64,000 nucleotides of DNA from assembly GCA_026004195.1 (NCBI GenBank), contig BPIQ01000001.1, positions 653,871 through 717,870 on the forward strand. Direction: 5' to 3'. Below are positions 9,276-20,032 of this stretch, one piece after another. The translations under genes and the position numbers were made by a program. Origin of the DNA: Candidatus Binatia bacterium. Its GTDB lineage: Bacteria > Desulfobacterota > Binatia > HRBIN30 > BPIQ01. Under the pieces are notes generated by a model, which worked only from the letters and a program-made list of their open reading frames with translations, did not search any database and had not been told where the DNA came from. How positions within the stretch are numbered: the first letter of the stretch is position 1; each line of letters begins with the position of its first letter.

Positions 9276-10466
9276 ATGGACGAACTCGACCGCGCCTCGC
9301 TCGAACTACACCGCCAGCTCCACGGAAAGCTGGCCGTGGCGAGCAAGGTGCCCCTGCGCACACGTTACGACCTCGCCATCGCGTACACCCCGGGAGTGGC
9401 GCAGGTCTGTCTCGAGATCGCACGCGACCCCCGGTCGGTCCACACGCTCACGATCAAGCGGAACACGGTGGCCGTCGTCTCGGACGGTTCGGCCATCCTG
9501 GGCATCGGCAACCTCGGTGCCGCAGCGGCGATCCCGGTCATGGAGGGAAAGGCCGTCCTCTTCAAGGAATTCGCGGACATCGACGCCTTCCCGATCTGTC
9601 TCGACACGCAGGACCCGAAAGAGATCGTCTCGGTGGTCCGCTCCATCGCCCCGGTTTTCGGCGGCATCAACCTCGAGGACATCTCCGCTCCCCGCTGCTT
9701 CGAAATCGAGCGCGACCTCCAGGAAATCGGAATCCCGGTCTTCCACGACGACCAGCACGGGACGGCCATCGTCGTCCTCGCGGCCCTGCTCAACGCGCTG
9801 CGCGTCACGGGAAAGGACCTCCGGCGGTGCCGCATCGTCTTCAACGGTAGCGGAGCGTCGGCGCTGGCCTGCGCCAAGCTCATCCTCTCGTGCGGGGAGG
9901 CCGGGCATCTGCCGCCGGTCGGAGATCTCGTCCTCTGCGACTCGAAGGGTATCGTCCACCGGGGGCGGGACGACCTGAACCCCTACAAACGCGAGCTCGC
10001 GGAAAAAACGAACGTCGAGCAGAGGCAGGGTTCGCTCGCGACCGCACTCGAGGGAGCCGACGTGTTCATCGGCCTCTCGCAGGCCAACCTCGTCACGCCC
10101 GCGATGATCCAGAACATGAATCCCGACCCCATCGTGTTCGCCATGGCGAACCCGGTCCCGGAAATCATGCCGGAAGCGGCGCTCGCAGCCGGGGCGGCCG
10201 TGGTGGGCACCGGTCGCAGCGACTTTCCGAACCAGATCAACAACGTCCTCGCCTTCCCCGGCGTCTTCCGTGGTGCGCTCGACGCGGGTGCCACGGTCGT
10301 CAACGACGAGATGAAGCTCGAGGCGGCGCGAGCGCTCGCCGACTACGTCCTCGAACCGACGCCGGAGCGGGTCCTTCCGGATCCTCTGGACCGGGAGGTC
10401 GCCCGACACGTGGGGCGGGCCGTGGCGCGAGCCGCCCGCGCAAGCGGCGTATGCCGGATCGGCTGA
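9276..10466 (+). CDS. NAD(P)-dependent malic enzyme (no PTA domain)
   Basis: AYTPGVA, PVMEGKAVLFK, GGINLEDI, PVFHDDQHGTA, TGRSDFPNQINNVLAFPG. Confidence 0.93.
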   Translation: MDELDRASLELHRQLHGKLAVASKVPLRTRYDLAIAYTPGVAQVCLEIARDPRSVHTLTIKRNTVAVVSDGSAILGIGNLGAAAAIPVMEGKAVLFKEFADIDAFPICLDTQDPKEIVSVVRSIAPVFGGINLEDISAPRCFEIERDLQEIGIPVFHDDQHGTAIVVLAALLNALRVTGKDLRRCRIVFNGSGASALACAKLILSCGEAGHLPPVGDLVLCDSKGIVHRGRDDLNPYKRELAEKTNVEQRQGSLATALEGADVFIGLSQANLVTPAMIQNMNPDPIVFAMANPVPEIMPEAALAAGAAVVGTGRSDFPNQINNVLAFPGVFRGALDAGATVVNDEMKLEAARALADYVLEPTPERVLPDPLDREVARHVGRAVARAARASGVCRIG

Positions 10467-11089
10467 GGCTCTCTCGGCTGGCTTTCGTCGTCCTTTGGGC
10501 GACCCTCGCCTCCGCTCAGGACGGCCCGCTGCGCGAATATTCCGTCGGGGGCGTTCGCAGCGGTCGTTCTGTGCGAGAGCCGGCCAGCTCGGTGCGAGAG
10601 GGCAGTGCCGGCCCGGTGCGCTCCGGTCCCGTACGTTTCTCGAGCTCGGGCTCGATGCGGTCGGGACCGCTCAGCGAGGCGAGCTCCGGGCCCGTGCGAG
10701 AACCGTTCTCGGAAGCTTCGGCCGGGGAACCCCCGGGCGTGGGATCGGCCGGATCGGTGAAAAAAGCGAGCCGGGAGCCGCCGAGGGCGCGGATCGGGCA
10801 GACCTTCGGTGATCTCGAGGAGCTCCAGGAGCTCTTGCGCGAGCGTGCCCGGGCGAGCGCCGGTGCGACAAAAGAGCAGGGAGTCGAACGGGAGCCGGTC
10901 GAGAACGAAGCCCCGGGCTCTCTCCGGGCCGCGGTGCCGGCGGTTCCGGACTTTCCTCCCGCCGAGGAGCCCTCGGCCGTGGAAGCTCGGTCGGCGGAGA
11001 TGCTCGTCGCCCCGCCCGAGAACACGCTTTCCCCCCGCGGCGTGGAGACGGGACGGGAAGAAGTGCCCGGGGAACTCTCGGCACCCTGA
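10451..11089 (+). CDS. secreted low-complexity hypothetical protein
   Basis: signal peptide ending ASA|Q; Ser/Gly/Pro-rich pseudo-repeats (GPVRS/GPVRF/GPVRE); acidic tail. Confidence 0.55.
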   Translation: MPDRLRLSRLAFVVLWATLASAQDGPLREYSVGGVRSGRSVREPASSVREGSAGPVRSGPVRFSSSGSMRSGPLSEASSGPVREPFSEASAGEPPGVGSAGSVKKASREPPRARIGQTFGDLEELQELLRERARASAGATKEQGVEREPVENEAPGSLRAAVPAVPDFPPAEEPSAVEARSAEMLVAPPENTLSPRGVETGREEVPGELSAP

Positions 11090-11104
11090 GGCGGGGAGAG
11101 CCGC

Positions 11105-12076
11105 TCAGCCCCGGATCGCGGGCCAGACCTTCTCTTCGAAAAGGCGCAAGCTCTCCCAGCCCCACTCCGGGGGCATACCGGCGAGCAGGGGATGCAGGAC
11201 CACGTGGTCCGTTTCCCTGGCGAGCTCGACGCACTCCTCGGGCCGGAGGATCCGGTAGACGCCGCTCCTCTGCACGTCCTCCACGGATTTCGCGTCCACG
11301 TAGACCGAAGACCGCTGGTCGGGCGTCTGCCAGTCGGCATACGAGCGCGCGTCGTAGAGTGCGTAGGGCCCGACTCGCTCCCATGCGGCGTCGGGGTCCT
11401 CCGCCACGTGGACGAATCCGGGACCCCGGGGCAGCATGACGAAGCCGCCCGAGAACCCCACCTTCCGGCACTCCTCCTCGTAGGTCGCCGCCAGCGAGGG
11501 ATCGCCGATCGCGGGGAAGAAACCGCAGCCGAGCCGCGCCGCACGCCGCGCGGCCGCGGGCGTGGAGCCGCCGACGAGCATCGGGGGAAGTTCGGGCGGT
11601 ACGGGAGTGACCCGAACCTTCCGCCCCTGCCACTCGACCGTCTCACCCCGAAGGCACGCTCGCAGAACGCGGAAGCAATCCTCGAAACGACGGGCGCGCT
11701 GGCTCCGGTCGAGCCCCGCCATTTCGAACTCCTCGGGTCTGTACCCGAGACCGAGGACGTAGCTCACGCGGCCACGCCCGAGAAGCTGGAGGACCGCCAT
11801 TTGCTCGGCCAGGCGCACGGGGTCGTGGAGCGGCAGGAGAAGCGCGGCCACGTTGACGCCGATCCGCTCCGTGGCTCCGAGGATCGCCGCAGCCATCGTG
11901 AGGGGAGCAGGCAGGTAGCCGTCGTCCACGCCGTGGTGTTCGGAGACGACCGCTGTCGGAATCCCGAGTCGGTCCGCCCACACGCACTGCTCGAGGCAGG
12001 TGCGGTAGAGGACTTCGTGGGATACCGGAGAAAACGGGGCCCGCCGCAGGTCGTAGCGGAGGACGACGACGGCCAT
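11105..12076 (-). CDS. luciferase-like (LLM class) flavin-dependent oxidoreductase
   Basis: SEHHGVDDGYLPAP, LLPLHDPVRLAEQ, GLGYRPEEF; start overlaps ADH stop. Confidence 0.9.
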   Translation of the reverse strand: MAVVVLRYDLRRAPFSPVSHEVLYRTCLEQCVWADRLGIPTAVVSEHHGVDDGYLPAPLTMAAAILGATERIGVNVAALLLPLHDPVRLAEQMAVLQLLGRGRVSYVLGLGYRPEEFEMAGLDRSQRARRFEDCFRVLRACLRGETVEWQGRKVRVTPVPPELPPMLVGGSTPAAARRAARLGCGFFPAIGDPSLAATYEEECRKVGFSGGFVMLPRGPGFVHVAEDPDAAWERVGPYALYDARSYADWQTPDQRSSVYVDAKSVEDVQRSGVYRILRPEECVELARETDHVVLHPLLAGMPPEWGWESLRLFEEKVWPAIRG

Positions 12077-13170
12077 CACTCGTACACGATCACGCTACGA
12101 GCGACCTCTCCCTTTTCCATGATGTCGAACGCCACGTTGATGTCCCGCAGCGGCAGTTTCCGGCTCACCAGCTCGTCGAGCTTGAGCTTGCCCGCCATGT
12201 AGAGGTCGAGAATGCGCGGCATGTCGTAACGGAATCGAGGCGAACCGTAGTACGAACCCAGGACGGCCTTCTCTTCGAGCGGAAAGGACACCGCCGGAAA
12301 GCTGATCTGGTCGGTGAACGGAGGCACGCCGACGAGCACGAGCTTCCCGCCCCGGCGCACGCACTGGAAAGCCGTCTGGATGACGCTCGCGTTCCCGATG
12401 ACCTCGAAGACGTACTCCGCGCCTTTCCCGTCCGTGAGAGCCTTGACCTGCTCGACCGGGTCCTTTTCCTTCGCGTTCACCGTGTGCGTCGCGCCGAATT
12501 CCTGCGCCATGCGGAGTTTCTTCTCGACGAGATCGACCGCGACGATGCGCTCGGCACCGCAGAGAGCGGCCCCCTGGATGACGTTGAGCCCCACGCCTCC
12601 GCAGCCGAACACGGCGACGTGATCCCCGGGCTCGATCTTGGCCGTGTTGAGAGCCGCCCCCACGCCCGTCATGACGCCGCATCCCACCAGGCAGGCGCTC
12701 GTGAGCGGTACGTCCTTGCGAATGGGAACCACCGCCTCCTCCGGGACGATCGTGTGGGTCGCGAACGTACCCACCCAGTGTCGCATGTCCTGCCCCTTCA
12801 CCCGGAACCTCGTGGTTCCGTCGTACGACCCTCCCTGCACGATGGCCATGGCCGCCTTCTCGCAGAGGTGCGGGCGGCCCCGCCCGCAGTCCCGGCAACG
12901 GCCGCAACTGTAGAGCCAGGTGAGGATCACGTGGTCGCCTTCCTTGACGGAGTGGACGCCGGGACCGACGGCTTCCACCACGCCGGCACCCTCGTGCCCG
13001 ATGATCACGGGCGGCGGCATGGGAAGAATCCCCCGCTGGATGCTGAGGTCGCTGTGGCAGACACCGCTGGCCGCCATCCGGACGCGAACCTCGCCTTCGC
13101 GCGGCTCCTGGAGTTCGACGTCTTCCACCCGGAGCGGCTCGTTGAAGTTGTAGAGCACGGCTGCTTGCAT
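12076..13170 (-). CDS. Zn-dependent alcohol dehydrogenase (MDR)
   Basis: GVCHSD, GHEGAG, structural Zn CGRCRDC...C, GCGVMTG, GCGGVG. Confidence 0.95.
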   Translation of the reverse strand: MQAAVLYNFNEPLRVEDVELQEPREGEVRVRMAASGVCHSDLSIQRGILPMPPPVIIGHEGAGVVEAVGPGVHSVKEGDHVILTWLYSCGRCRDCGRGRPHLCEKAAMAIVQGGSYDGTTRFRVKGQDMRHWVGTFATHTIVPEEAVVPIRKDVPLTSACLVGCGVMTGVGAALNTAKIEPGDHVAVFGCGGVGLNVIQGAALCGAERIVAVDLVEKKLRMAQEFGATHTVNAKEKDPVEQVKALTDGKGAEYVFEVIGNASVIQTAFQCVRRGGKLVLVGVPPFTDQISFPAVSFPLEEKAVLGSYYGSPRFRYDMPRILDLYMAGKLKLDELVSRKLPLRDINVAFDIMEKGEVARSVIVYE

Positions 13171-13255
13171 CGTGTTCTCCCCCTTTCTCGCTGTGCTCGG
13201 GCGACCCGAAAAAGGCGCGTGGATCGTAGTACCACCCTCTGCTAAAAGCAATGCG

Positions 13256-13975
13256 GTGTCGGTACGACAACTCGCAGGCCGCACGGCGGTCGTGACGGGC
13301 GCGAGCCGCGGCATCGGCCGGTCGTTGGCGCTCCTCCTCGCCTCCCGCGGGGCACGCGTCCTGGCCGTCGCGCGGAGCGAGCCCGAACTCGGCACCCTGC
13401 GCGAGGAAGCGCGGCGGCACGAAGGGGACGTCTTCCCCCTGCCGGGAAATCTCCGCGATCCGGCCTTCCTCGCACGGCTCCCCGCGGAAGCGAAGAGGGT
13501 CGTCGGGGACGTGGACATCCTCGTCAACAACGCCGGCTGGGCCCCCCGGCGGACCCCTTTCGACCGGCACCGCGAAGAGGACATTCGGGCGATGCTCGAG
13601 CTCAACCTCGAAGCGGCCGTGTTCCTGACCTTCTTCTTCCTGCCGGAAATGAAGCGCCGAAACCGCGGTTGGGTCCTGAACGTGGGGTCCGCCTTCGCGT
13701 TCGACCCGCGGCCCGGCGAGGCGGTCTACCTCGCGACGAAAGCCGCCCTCCACGTCTTCAGCCGCTGCCTCGCCCGCGAACTCGGCTCCCACGGCATCCG
13801 CGTCGGTGTTCTGGCTCCGGCTCACGTGGACACGGCACTGCTTCCGGCGAATCGGCGCGTGGACCGGGCCGCGTTCCTCCGACCGCGGGAAGTCGCCGAG
13901 GCTGCGCTACCCTTTTTCCTCGCCTCGGAACCCGAAGACGACGTCGAGATCCGGGTGGCGCGAGGCGACGGATGA
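13256..13975 (+). CDS. short-chain dehydrogenase/reductase
   Basis: TGASRGIG, NNAG, YLATK; start uncertain. Confidence 0.88.
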   Translation: MSVRQLAGRTAVVTGASRGIGRSLALLLASRGARVLAVARSEPELGTLREEARRHEGDVFPLPGNLRDPAFLARLPAEAKRVVGDVDILVNNAGWAPRRTPFDRHREEDIRAMLELNLEAAVFLTFFFLPEMKRRNRGWVLNVGSAFAFDPRPGEAVYLATKAALHVFSRCLARELGSHGIRVGVLAPAHVDTALLPANRRVDRAAFLRPREVAEAALPFFLASEPEDDVEIRVARGDG

Positions 13976-14700
13976 AACTGTCCGGACGAACCGCGCTGGT
14001 CACCGGAGGCGCGCGTCGACTCGGGCGCGAGATCGTTCTCGGCCTCGCCCGGGAGGGTGCCGATGTCGCGTTGAGCTACCTTCGGTCCGAATCCGAGGCG
14101 AGGGAAACGGAAACGCTCGTGCGCTCGCTCGGTCGGCGTTCCCTCTCGCTGCGCTGCGACGTGCGCGACCCGGACGAGGTGGGCGATCTCGTCGCTCGCG
14201 TATGGCGAGAACTCGGGGCTCTCGACATCCTCGTCGTGAACGCCGCCGTCTTCCGCCGCACGCCCATCGAGAGCACGACCGAGGAAGATTGGAGAGAACA
14301 GTTCGAGGTCAACGCCGCGGGAGCGTTTCGATGTGCGCGAGAGGTCGGACTGCGAATGCGAGAGCGGGGCGGCGCCATCGTGTTTCTGGCCGACGTGGCG
14401 GGCCTGCGGCCCTGGCGTGACTTCGTCCCCTACTCCGCGAGCAAGGCCGCCGTGATCTCGCTCACGAGGGGCCTCGCCCTGGCCCTGGCCCCGAACGTCC
14501 GGGTCAACGCGGTCGCTCCGGGGCCCATCCTCCCGGCCGAGAATCTTTCCGACGACGACTTCCGGAAGGCGGCCGAGGCCACGCTGCTCCGGCGGGCGGG
14601 AACCCCACGAGACATCGCCGAAGCGGTCTCTTTTCTCGCCGCTGCACCCTACGTCACCGGAGTCGTTCTTCCCGTCGATGGGGGGCGTCACCTTCGCTGA
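13972..14700 (+). CDS. SDR, pteridine reductase/FolM-like
   Basis: TGGARRLG, YSASK, RVNAVAPG, VDGG; ATGA overlap. Confidence 0.85.
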   Translation: MKLSGRTALVTGGARRLGREIVLGLAREGADVALSYLRSESEARETETLVRSLGRRSLSLRCDVRDPDEVGDLVARVWRELGALDILVVNAAVFRRTPIESTTEEDWREQFEVNAAGAFRCAREVGLRMRERGGAIVFLADVAGLRPWRDFVPYSASKAAVISLTRGLALALAPNVRVNAVAPGPILPAENLSDDDFRKAAEATLLRRAGTPRDIAEAVSFLAAAPYVTGVVLPVDGGRHLR

Positions 14701-15250
14701 GAACGAACTCTGGCACGCGGTCTTCGGGAACTCGAACCCGGTCGAGGTGGAGATCGGGCCCGAGCGCGGGACCTTCCTGCTGGCGGCGGCCGCGGCCCGT
14801 CCCGACCGCAACTACGTCGGGATCGAGCGATCGGCCTCTCGGGTCCGGAGAATCGAGAGCCGTCTCGAGCGCGAACCACGACCCAACGTGCGCGTCGTGC
14901 AGGGCGACGCCTTCTTCGTCCTCGAACACTGTATCCCACCCGAGTCGGTCTCGGCTTTCCACCTCTACTTCCCCGACCCGTGGTGGAAACGCCGACACCA
15001 CCGGAGACGGGTCACGACGCCCCGCTTCGCGTCTCTTCTCGTCCGCGCGCTTCGGAGCGGGGGGACCGTCCACTTCGCGACCGACGTCGAGGAAACTTTC
15101 CGGCTCGGTTGCACGAGCTTCGAGGCCACCGGACGACTCGAGCGGGTCTCCGACCGCTGTCCCCGTCCCGTGGTGACGGCCTACGAACGAAAAGCCCTCG
15201 CCCGGGGCCGGCCGATTTTCGAGGCGACGTACCGGAAAAAAGAGGCGTGA
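14678..15250 (+). CDS. trmB: tRNA (guanine-N7)-methyltransferase
   Basis: EVEIG, YVGIE, FPDPWWKRRHHRRR, HFATD, TAYERK. Confidence 0.88.
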   Translation: MGGVTFAENELWHAVFGNSNPVEVEIGPERGTFLLAAAAARPDRNYVGIERSASRVRRIESRLEREPRPNVRVVQGDAFFVLEHCIPPESVSAFHLYFPDPWWKRRHHRRRVTTPRFASLLVRALRSGGTVHFATDVEETFRLGCTSFEATGRLERVSDRCPRPVVTAYERKALARGRPIFEATYRKKEA

Positions 15251-15254
15251 AGCC

Positions 15255-15935
15255 CTACCTCGCGTGGGGGTAGTGTCGTGCCAGGCGCTCCGGGGGAACG
15301 CCGGCGTAGAAAAGCAACCGGAGCGTCCACATCCTCACGATGGTCCGGAGCACCCCCTGGGTCCGCCACCGCCGCGACGACGTCACGACCTTCGCTCGAA
15401 GGCAGGCGATGCGCCCCGCCCTCTTCATCGCCCGGGAAAGGGCCAGGTCTTCCATCAGAGGCCATTCGGGGTAGCCCCCCAGTGCCTCGAAAACGGAGCG
15501 GCGAACGAAGAGAGCCTGGTCGCCCGTAGCGACCCGGGTCGCCCGGGAACGAAGGTTGATGAGGGTCGCGGTGAGCGCGAGGAGCGGACTCGAGGGCTCG
15601 AGCCTGAGGTCGAACCGTCCTCCGCACACCCTCTCGTCCGCCAGAGCCGAAAAAACCGCTTCGGGATACCGTGGGGGAAGGCGTGTGTCGGCGTGAAGGA
15701 AGAGGAGGACGTCTCCGCGTGCGACCCGGGCACCGGCGTTCATCTGTACGGCACGGCCCCGCGGGGAGAAGAGGACCCGGTCGGCCAGCGGCGCCGCCCG
15801 CTCCACGGTCCGGTCGTGGCTTCCCCCGTCGACCACGAGGATCTCGGCCACGCCGGGCTGGCGTGCGCTCCGGAGCGTTTCCTCGATCACCGCTTCCTCG
15901 TCGAGAGTGGGCACGATCACGGACAGCCGCGACAT
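15255..15935 (-). CDS. GT2 glycosyltransferase (TIGR04283-like)
   Basis: SVIVPTLDEE, VVDGGSHD, GRAVQMNAGA, LFLHADT, GDQALF, LMED, TSSRRW. Confidence 0.88.
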   Translation of the reverse strand: MSRLSVIVPTLDEEAVIEETLRSARQPGVAEILVVDGGSHDRTVERAAPLADRVLFSPRGRAVQMNAGARVARGDVLLFLHADTRLPPRYPEAVFSALADERVCGGRFDLRLEPSSPLLALTATLINLRSRATRVATGDQALFVRRSVFEALGGYPEWPLMEDLALSRAMKRAGRIACLRAKVVTSSRRWRTQGVLRTIVRMWTLRLLFYAGVPPERLARHYPHAR

Positions 15936-16008
15936 GGCGATTAGCGCTCCCCGGTCACGACGCCTTTTCGTTTCCACGCACGTTCGATCTTTGCTCTCCG
16001 GCCGCACG

Positions 16009-16746
16009 ATGGTAAAACACCCTCTCGCCGTGAAGAGGTTCCTCTTCGCCCTGGCCGTTTTCCTCGCCGCCCTCGGGGCGAGATCGGTCCGGGCTCAGGA
16101 CACCGCCCGAGCCGCCTCCGAGGACCGTGCGCGCGTCCTCGCGCGCGAAGCGGTCGAATCTTTCCGGGAAGGCGAAGCCGCAGGGGCGGCGGAGGACAAG
16201 CTGCGGGCTTACCGAAAGGGCGAGGAACTGGCGGAAAAGGCGGTGAAGCTCGACCCCGCGAGCGCCGAGGCGCACTGGGCGCTTTTTGCCAACCGGGGCC
16301 GCCGCCTTCTCTCCGAGGGCGCGACGCCGAACCCGTTCGCGCTGCGCCGTCTCCAGAAAGAGCTCGAACAGTGCCTGGCACTCGATCCCCGGCACTACGA
16401 CGCGCTGGTGGCGCGCGGCGGCCTCTACCGGCAGCTCCCGTGGCTCCTCGGGGGCAACCTGAAGAAAGCCGAGAAAACGCTCCGCCGGGCCGTCGCCATC
16501 AACCCGGAGGCCGTGGGGGGGAGGCTCGAGCTCGCCCGGACGTACATCGACATGGGGAACCGGCGCCGCGCGGTCGAAGTCCTCGAAGAGGCTCTTTTCT
16601 GGGCGGAACGGTTGGGACGCCCCAAGGAAACGGCCGAGGCGCGAGCCTTGCTGTACGAAGTCCTGGGCGAGGAGGCCCGGGACCTCGTCCCGCCCGAGTG
16701 CCCGGCCGCGCCGCAGCCGGTCAGTTCCCTCGCCCGAACGTTCTGA
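16009..16746 (+). CDS. secreted TPR-repeat protein
   Basis: signal peptide; AVKLDP/ALDP/AINP helical repeats; LPWLLGG. Confidence 0.75.
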   Translation: MVKHPLAVKRFLFALAVFLAALGARSVRAQDTARAASEDRARVLAREAVESFREGEAAGAAEDKLRAYRKGEELAEKAVKLDPASAEAHWALFANRGRRLLSEGATPNPFALRRLQKELEQCLALDPRHYDALVARGGLYRQLPWLLGGNLKKAEKTLRRAVAINPEAVGGRLELARTYIDMGNRRRAVEVLEEALFWAERLGRPKETAEARALLYEVLGEEARDLVPPECPAAPQPVSSLARTF

Positions 16747-17056
16747 GGTAGGAAAGGAGGTTGTCGATGTCCTCTTCGCTCAAGGAGGGAGCGAAGGGCA
16801 TCATGGCCGTACCTTGCCTTCCGTTCCGGATGGCGTCTTTCATCTTCGCGACGTCGGCCCGCGCCCAGTAGTCCGGATCCGCGAAATTCGTGGGGGGTGG
16901 CTCCAGGAGGCGGCCGGCAGGGCCGTCCCCTCGCCCGCTCTCCCCGTGACAATACGCGCACCGCTTCGCGTAGATCTCCTTGCCCGCTTCCGGGTCGGCT
17001 GCATGGCTCGCCGAAGCCAGCAGCGCGAAAACGAGTGCCCAGAGGCCGCGGCGCAT
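16721..17056 (-). CDS. monoheme cytochrome c
   Basis: signal peptide, CAYCH, GxGDGPA, distal Met in GTAMMPF. Confidence 0.92.
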   Translation of the reverse strand: MRRGLWALVFALLASASHAADPEAGKEIYAKRCAYCHGESGRGDGPAGRLLEPPPTNFADPDYWARADVAKMKDAIRNGRQGTAMMPFAPSLSEEDIDNLLSYLRTFGRGN

Positions 17057-17163
17057 GCTCCTTTTCCGTTCGGGCTCCTTTTTTGCTCCCGTGTCCCGCT
17101 CCGCCGCAATCCCCCGGGGGCGGATTGCGCGCCGCGAGGGCCCGTACTATGCCTCGTCGGGAC

Positions 17164-17622
17164 ATGAAACGGCGAGACCAGATCCGGCTCACGCCGGAAG
17201 AACAGAGAGAATTCCTCGAGACCCAGCAAACCATCGTCCTCTGCACGATCGACCCGAGAGGATACCCGCACGCCGTGGCCATGTGGTACTGCGTCGAGGA
17301 CGGTGCGGTGCTGATGACCACGTACGCGAAATCCCAGAAGGTGATGAACATCCGCCGCGACCCGAAGGTGGCTCTCCTCGTGGAGTCGGGCCGGACCTAC
17401 GACACCCTGAAGGGCCTCATGATCCGCGGCCGGGCCGAAATCCTCGAGGATCTCGACCTCTGCGTGCGAGTCCTGACGAAGATCCACGAAAAGGGCGGCG
17501 GATCGGTGCCCCCCGGCGTGGAGGAAGCCATGCGCGAGCGGGCCCGCAAGCGCGTGGTGCTGCGGGTGCGCCCGGAGCGGGTCGCGAGTTGGGACCACTC
17601 CAAGCTGGGCGGTACCTACTGA
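17164..17622 (+). CDS. pyridoxamine 5'-phosphate oxidase (PPOX)-family split-barrel protein, possibly F420-binding
   Basis: GYPHAVAMWY, SQKVMNIRRDPKVALLVE, SWDHSKL; alternative ATG at 17149. Confidence 0.82.
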   Translation: MKRRDQIRLTPEEQREFLETQQTIVLCTIDPRGYPHAVAMWYCVEDGAVLMTTYAKSQKVMNIRRDPKVALLVESGRTYDTLKGLMIRGRAEILEDLDLCVRVLTKIHEKGGGSVPPGVEEAMRERARKRVVLRVRPERVASWDHSKLGGTY

Positions 17623-17649
17623 ACCCTCGCACGCCGAACACCCGAACCC

Positions 17650-19245
17650 TCACATGCGGAACACGCCGACCCTCGGTTCGGGGATCGGCGCATAGCGCGT
17701 CGCCGCCAGGGCGAGACCCAGGACGTCGCGGGTTTCGGCCGGGTCCAGGATGCCGTCGTCCCAGATCCTCGCCGTCGAGTAGTAGGCGTTCGACTCCGCC
17801 TCGTACTGGGCGAGGATGGGCTCGACGAACCGCCGCTTTTCTTCTTCCGTCATCCTCGCCCCCTGCTCTTCCTTGACCACGAGCAAGGTCTGCGCGGCCT
17901 GCTCCCCGCCCATGACCGAAATGCGCGCGTTCGGCCAGAGAAAGAGAAAGCGCGGTCCGTACGCCCGCCCGCACATGCTGTAGTTGCCCGCGCCGTGCGA
18001 CGCACCGACGATGACGGTGAACTTGGGAACCTGCGCGTTGGCGACCGCGTGCACCATCTTGGAGCCGTCTTTCGTGATCCCACCGTGCTCGTAGCGCTTG
18101 CCGACCATGAAGCCGGTGATGTTCTGGAGAAAGACGAGCGGGATGCGGCGCTGGCAGCAAAGCTCGACGAAGTGCGTTCCTTTCAGGCTGCTTTCCGAGA
18201 AGAGAACCCCGTTGTTCGCCACGATGCCGACGAGATAACCGTGGATCCGGGCGAAGCCGGTCACGAGCGTCGTCCCGTACAGCGCCTTGAACTCGTGGAA
18301 GCGGCTTCCGTCGACGACTCTCGCGATCACCTCCCGTACGTCGAAAGGTTTCCGGGGGTCGCTCGGAACGATGCCGTAGAGTTCCTCGGGGTCGTACGCG
18401 GGAGGTTCGGGCGAGGCGTCGGGCCGGAGCACGGGCTCGGGCGGGGGGAGGTTGCCCAGGGCTTCCCGGGCGAGAAGGAGAGCGTGCTCGTCGTCCCTGG
18501 CGAGGTGGTCGCACACGCCGGAAATCCGGGTGTGCACGTCGCCTCCGCCGAGTTCCTCGGCACTCACGACTTCGCCGGTGGCCGCCCGGACGAGGGGCGG
18601 TCCGCCCAGAAACACGGTGCCCTGCCGCTCGACGATGATGTTCTCGTCGCACATCGCGGGCACGTAGGCACCCCCGGCCGTGCTCGAGCCCATCACGACG
18701 GCGACCTGCGGGATGCCCATCGCGGACATGACGGCCTGGTTGTAGAAAATCCTTCCGCCGTGGTTCTCGTCGGGAAAGATCTCGGCCTGGAGCGGCAAGT
18801 AGGCGCCGCCCGAGTCGACGAGGTAGACGCAGGGGAGCCGGTTTTCCATCGCGATCTTCTGCGCCCGGAGCTGTTTTTTCACCGTCACGGGGAACATCGT
18901 GCCCCCTTTCACCGTCGCGTCGTTCGCGAGCACGACCACCTCCCGCCCCGCGACACGGCCGATCCCCGTGACGAGCCCCGCCGCAGGAACGTCGAACCCG
19001 TACATACCCCAGGCCGCCAGCGGCGAGAGTTCGAGAAACGCGGTATCGGGATCCAGAAGCCTCTCGATGCGGTCCCGTACGAGAAGTTTTCCCCGGCTCA
19101 CGTGGCGCCTGCGCGCCTCTTCGGGGCCCATGGCACGAACCTGCTCGAGCCGGCGGCGCAGCTCCGCCACCCGCTCGGCCATGACCCTGCGGTTTTCTTC
19201 GAACTCCGCGCTTCCCGGGCGCACGCGCGTCTCGAGCCGCAACAC
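17650..19245 (-). CDS. acyl-CoA carboxylase carboxyltransferase subunit (methylcrotonyl-CoA carboxylase beta-like)
   Basis: [55 protein letters not shown]. Confidence 0.93.
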   Translation of the reverse strand: MLRLETRVRPGSAEFEENRRVMAERVAELRRRLEQVRAMGPEEARRRHVSRGKLLVRDRIERLLDPDTAFLELSPLAAWGMYGFDVPAAGLVTGIGRVAGREVVVLANDATVKGGTMFPVTVKKQLRAQKIAMENRLPCVYLVDSGGAYLPLQAEIFPDENHGGRIFYNQAVMSAMGIPQVAVVMGSSTAGGAYVPAMCDENIIVERQGTVFLGGPPLVRAATGEVVSAEELGGGDVHTRISGVCDHLARDDEHALLLAREALGNLPPPEPVLRPDASPEPPAYDPEELYGIVPSDPRKPFDVREVIARVVDGSRFHEFKALYGTTLVTGFARIHGYLVGIVANNGVLFSESSLKGTHFVELCCQRRIPLVFLQNITGFMVGKRYEHGGITKDGSKMVHAVANAQVPKFTVIVGASHGAGNYSMCGRAYGPRFLFLWPNARISVMGGEQAAQTLLVVKEEQGARMTEEEKRRFVEPILAQYEAESNAYYSTARIWDDGILDPAETRDVLGLALAATRYAPIPEPRVGVFRM

Positions 19246-19249
19246 GGCG

Positions 19250-20032
19250 TCACGACCCTGGCGCCCAGGCCGGACGCCGCTTTTCGAGAAAAGCCGCCAT
19301 GCCTTCCTGCGCCTCGTCGCCGACGCGAAGCTCGGCGAGGAGCCGAGCCGTCTTTTCTTCGACGGCTTCCCAGTCCGTCGGGTCGATCACCCGGAGGAGC
19401 TCTTTGACGGCCCCGGCCGCGCCGGGAGCACCGAGAAGCAGGTTGCGGAGCGTCTCCTCGACCCGTTCGTCGAGCTTCTCGGCCGGCACGACCTCGTCGA
19501 CGAGCCCGAGACTGCGCGCCGCCGCGGCATCGAAGGTCTCGCCGGTCAGAAAAAGCCGCCGCGCGGCTCCGAAGCCGATTTTCCGGACCACGTACGGAGA
19601 GATCATGGCAGGCACGATTCCGAGCCGAACCTCCGTGAACGCGAAGTGCGCGGCATCGGCGGCCACCGCGAGATCGCAAGCGGCAACGAGCCCGACACCC
19701 CCGCCCCTTGCCGCACCGTTGACCCGCGCCACGACGGGACGCGGAAAGCGGTAGAGGCGAGAAAACACCCGGGCCGTGGCCCTCGCTTCCCGGGCGTTCT
19801 CCTCGGGCGTCGCCTCTTTCATGGCCTTCATGTTCCGCAGGTCCGCACCCGCCGAAAAAACCTTCCCGCGCCCCGTCAGCACGAGAGCACGGACCGAGCG
19901 GTCTTTTTCCCACTCGTCGAGAACCGAGAGGATCTCTCCGACCATCGTGCCGTCGAGCGCGTTTCCCACCTCGGGGCGGTCGAGTACGATGCGACCCACC
20001 CCACCTTCGAGCCTGGCCTCGATCGTCGTCAT
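19250..20032 (-). CDS. enoyl-CoA hydratase (methylglutaconyl-CoA hydratase-like)
   Basis: [43 protein letters not shown]. Confidence 0.9.
   Translation of the reverse strand: MTTIEARLEGGVGRIVLDRPEVGNALDGTMVGEILSVLDEWEKDRSVRALVLTGRGKVFSAGADLRNMKAMKEATPEENAREARATARVFSRLYRFPRPVVARVNGAARGGGVGLVAACDLAVAADAAHFAFTEVRLGIVPAMISPYVVRKIGFGAARRLFLTGETFDAAAARSLGLVDEVVPAEKLDERVEETLRNLLLGAPGAAGAVKELLRVIDPTDWEAVEEKTARLLAELRVGDEAQEGMAAFLEKRRPAWAPGS

Noticed and set aside
15255..15935. Arsenosugar or selenosugar biosynthesis cluster
   Set aside because: Only the glycosyltransferase is present; no partner genes nearby
17105..17129. Hairpin CGCAATCC...GGATTGCG
   Set aside because: Lies between divergent genes with no U-tract, so not called a terminator; function unsupported
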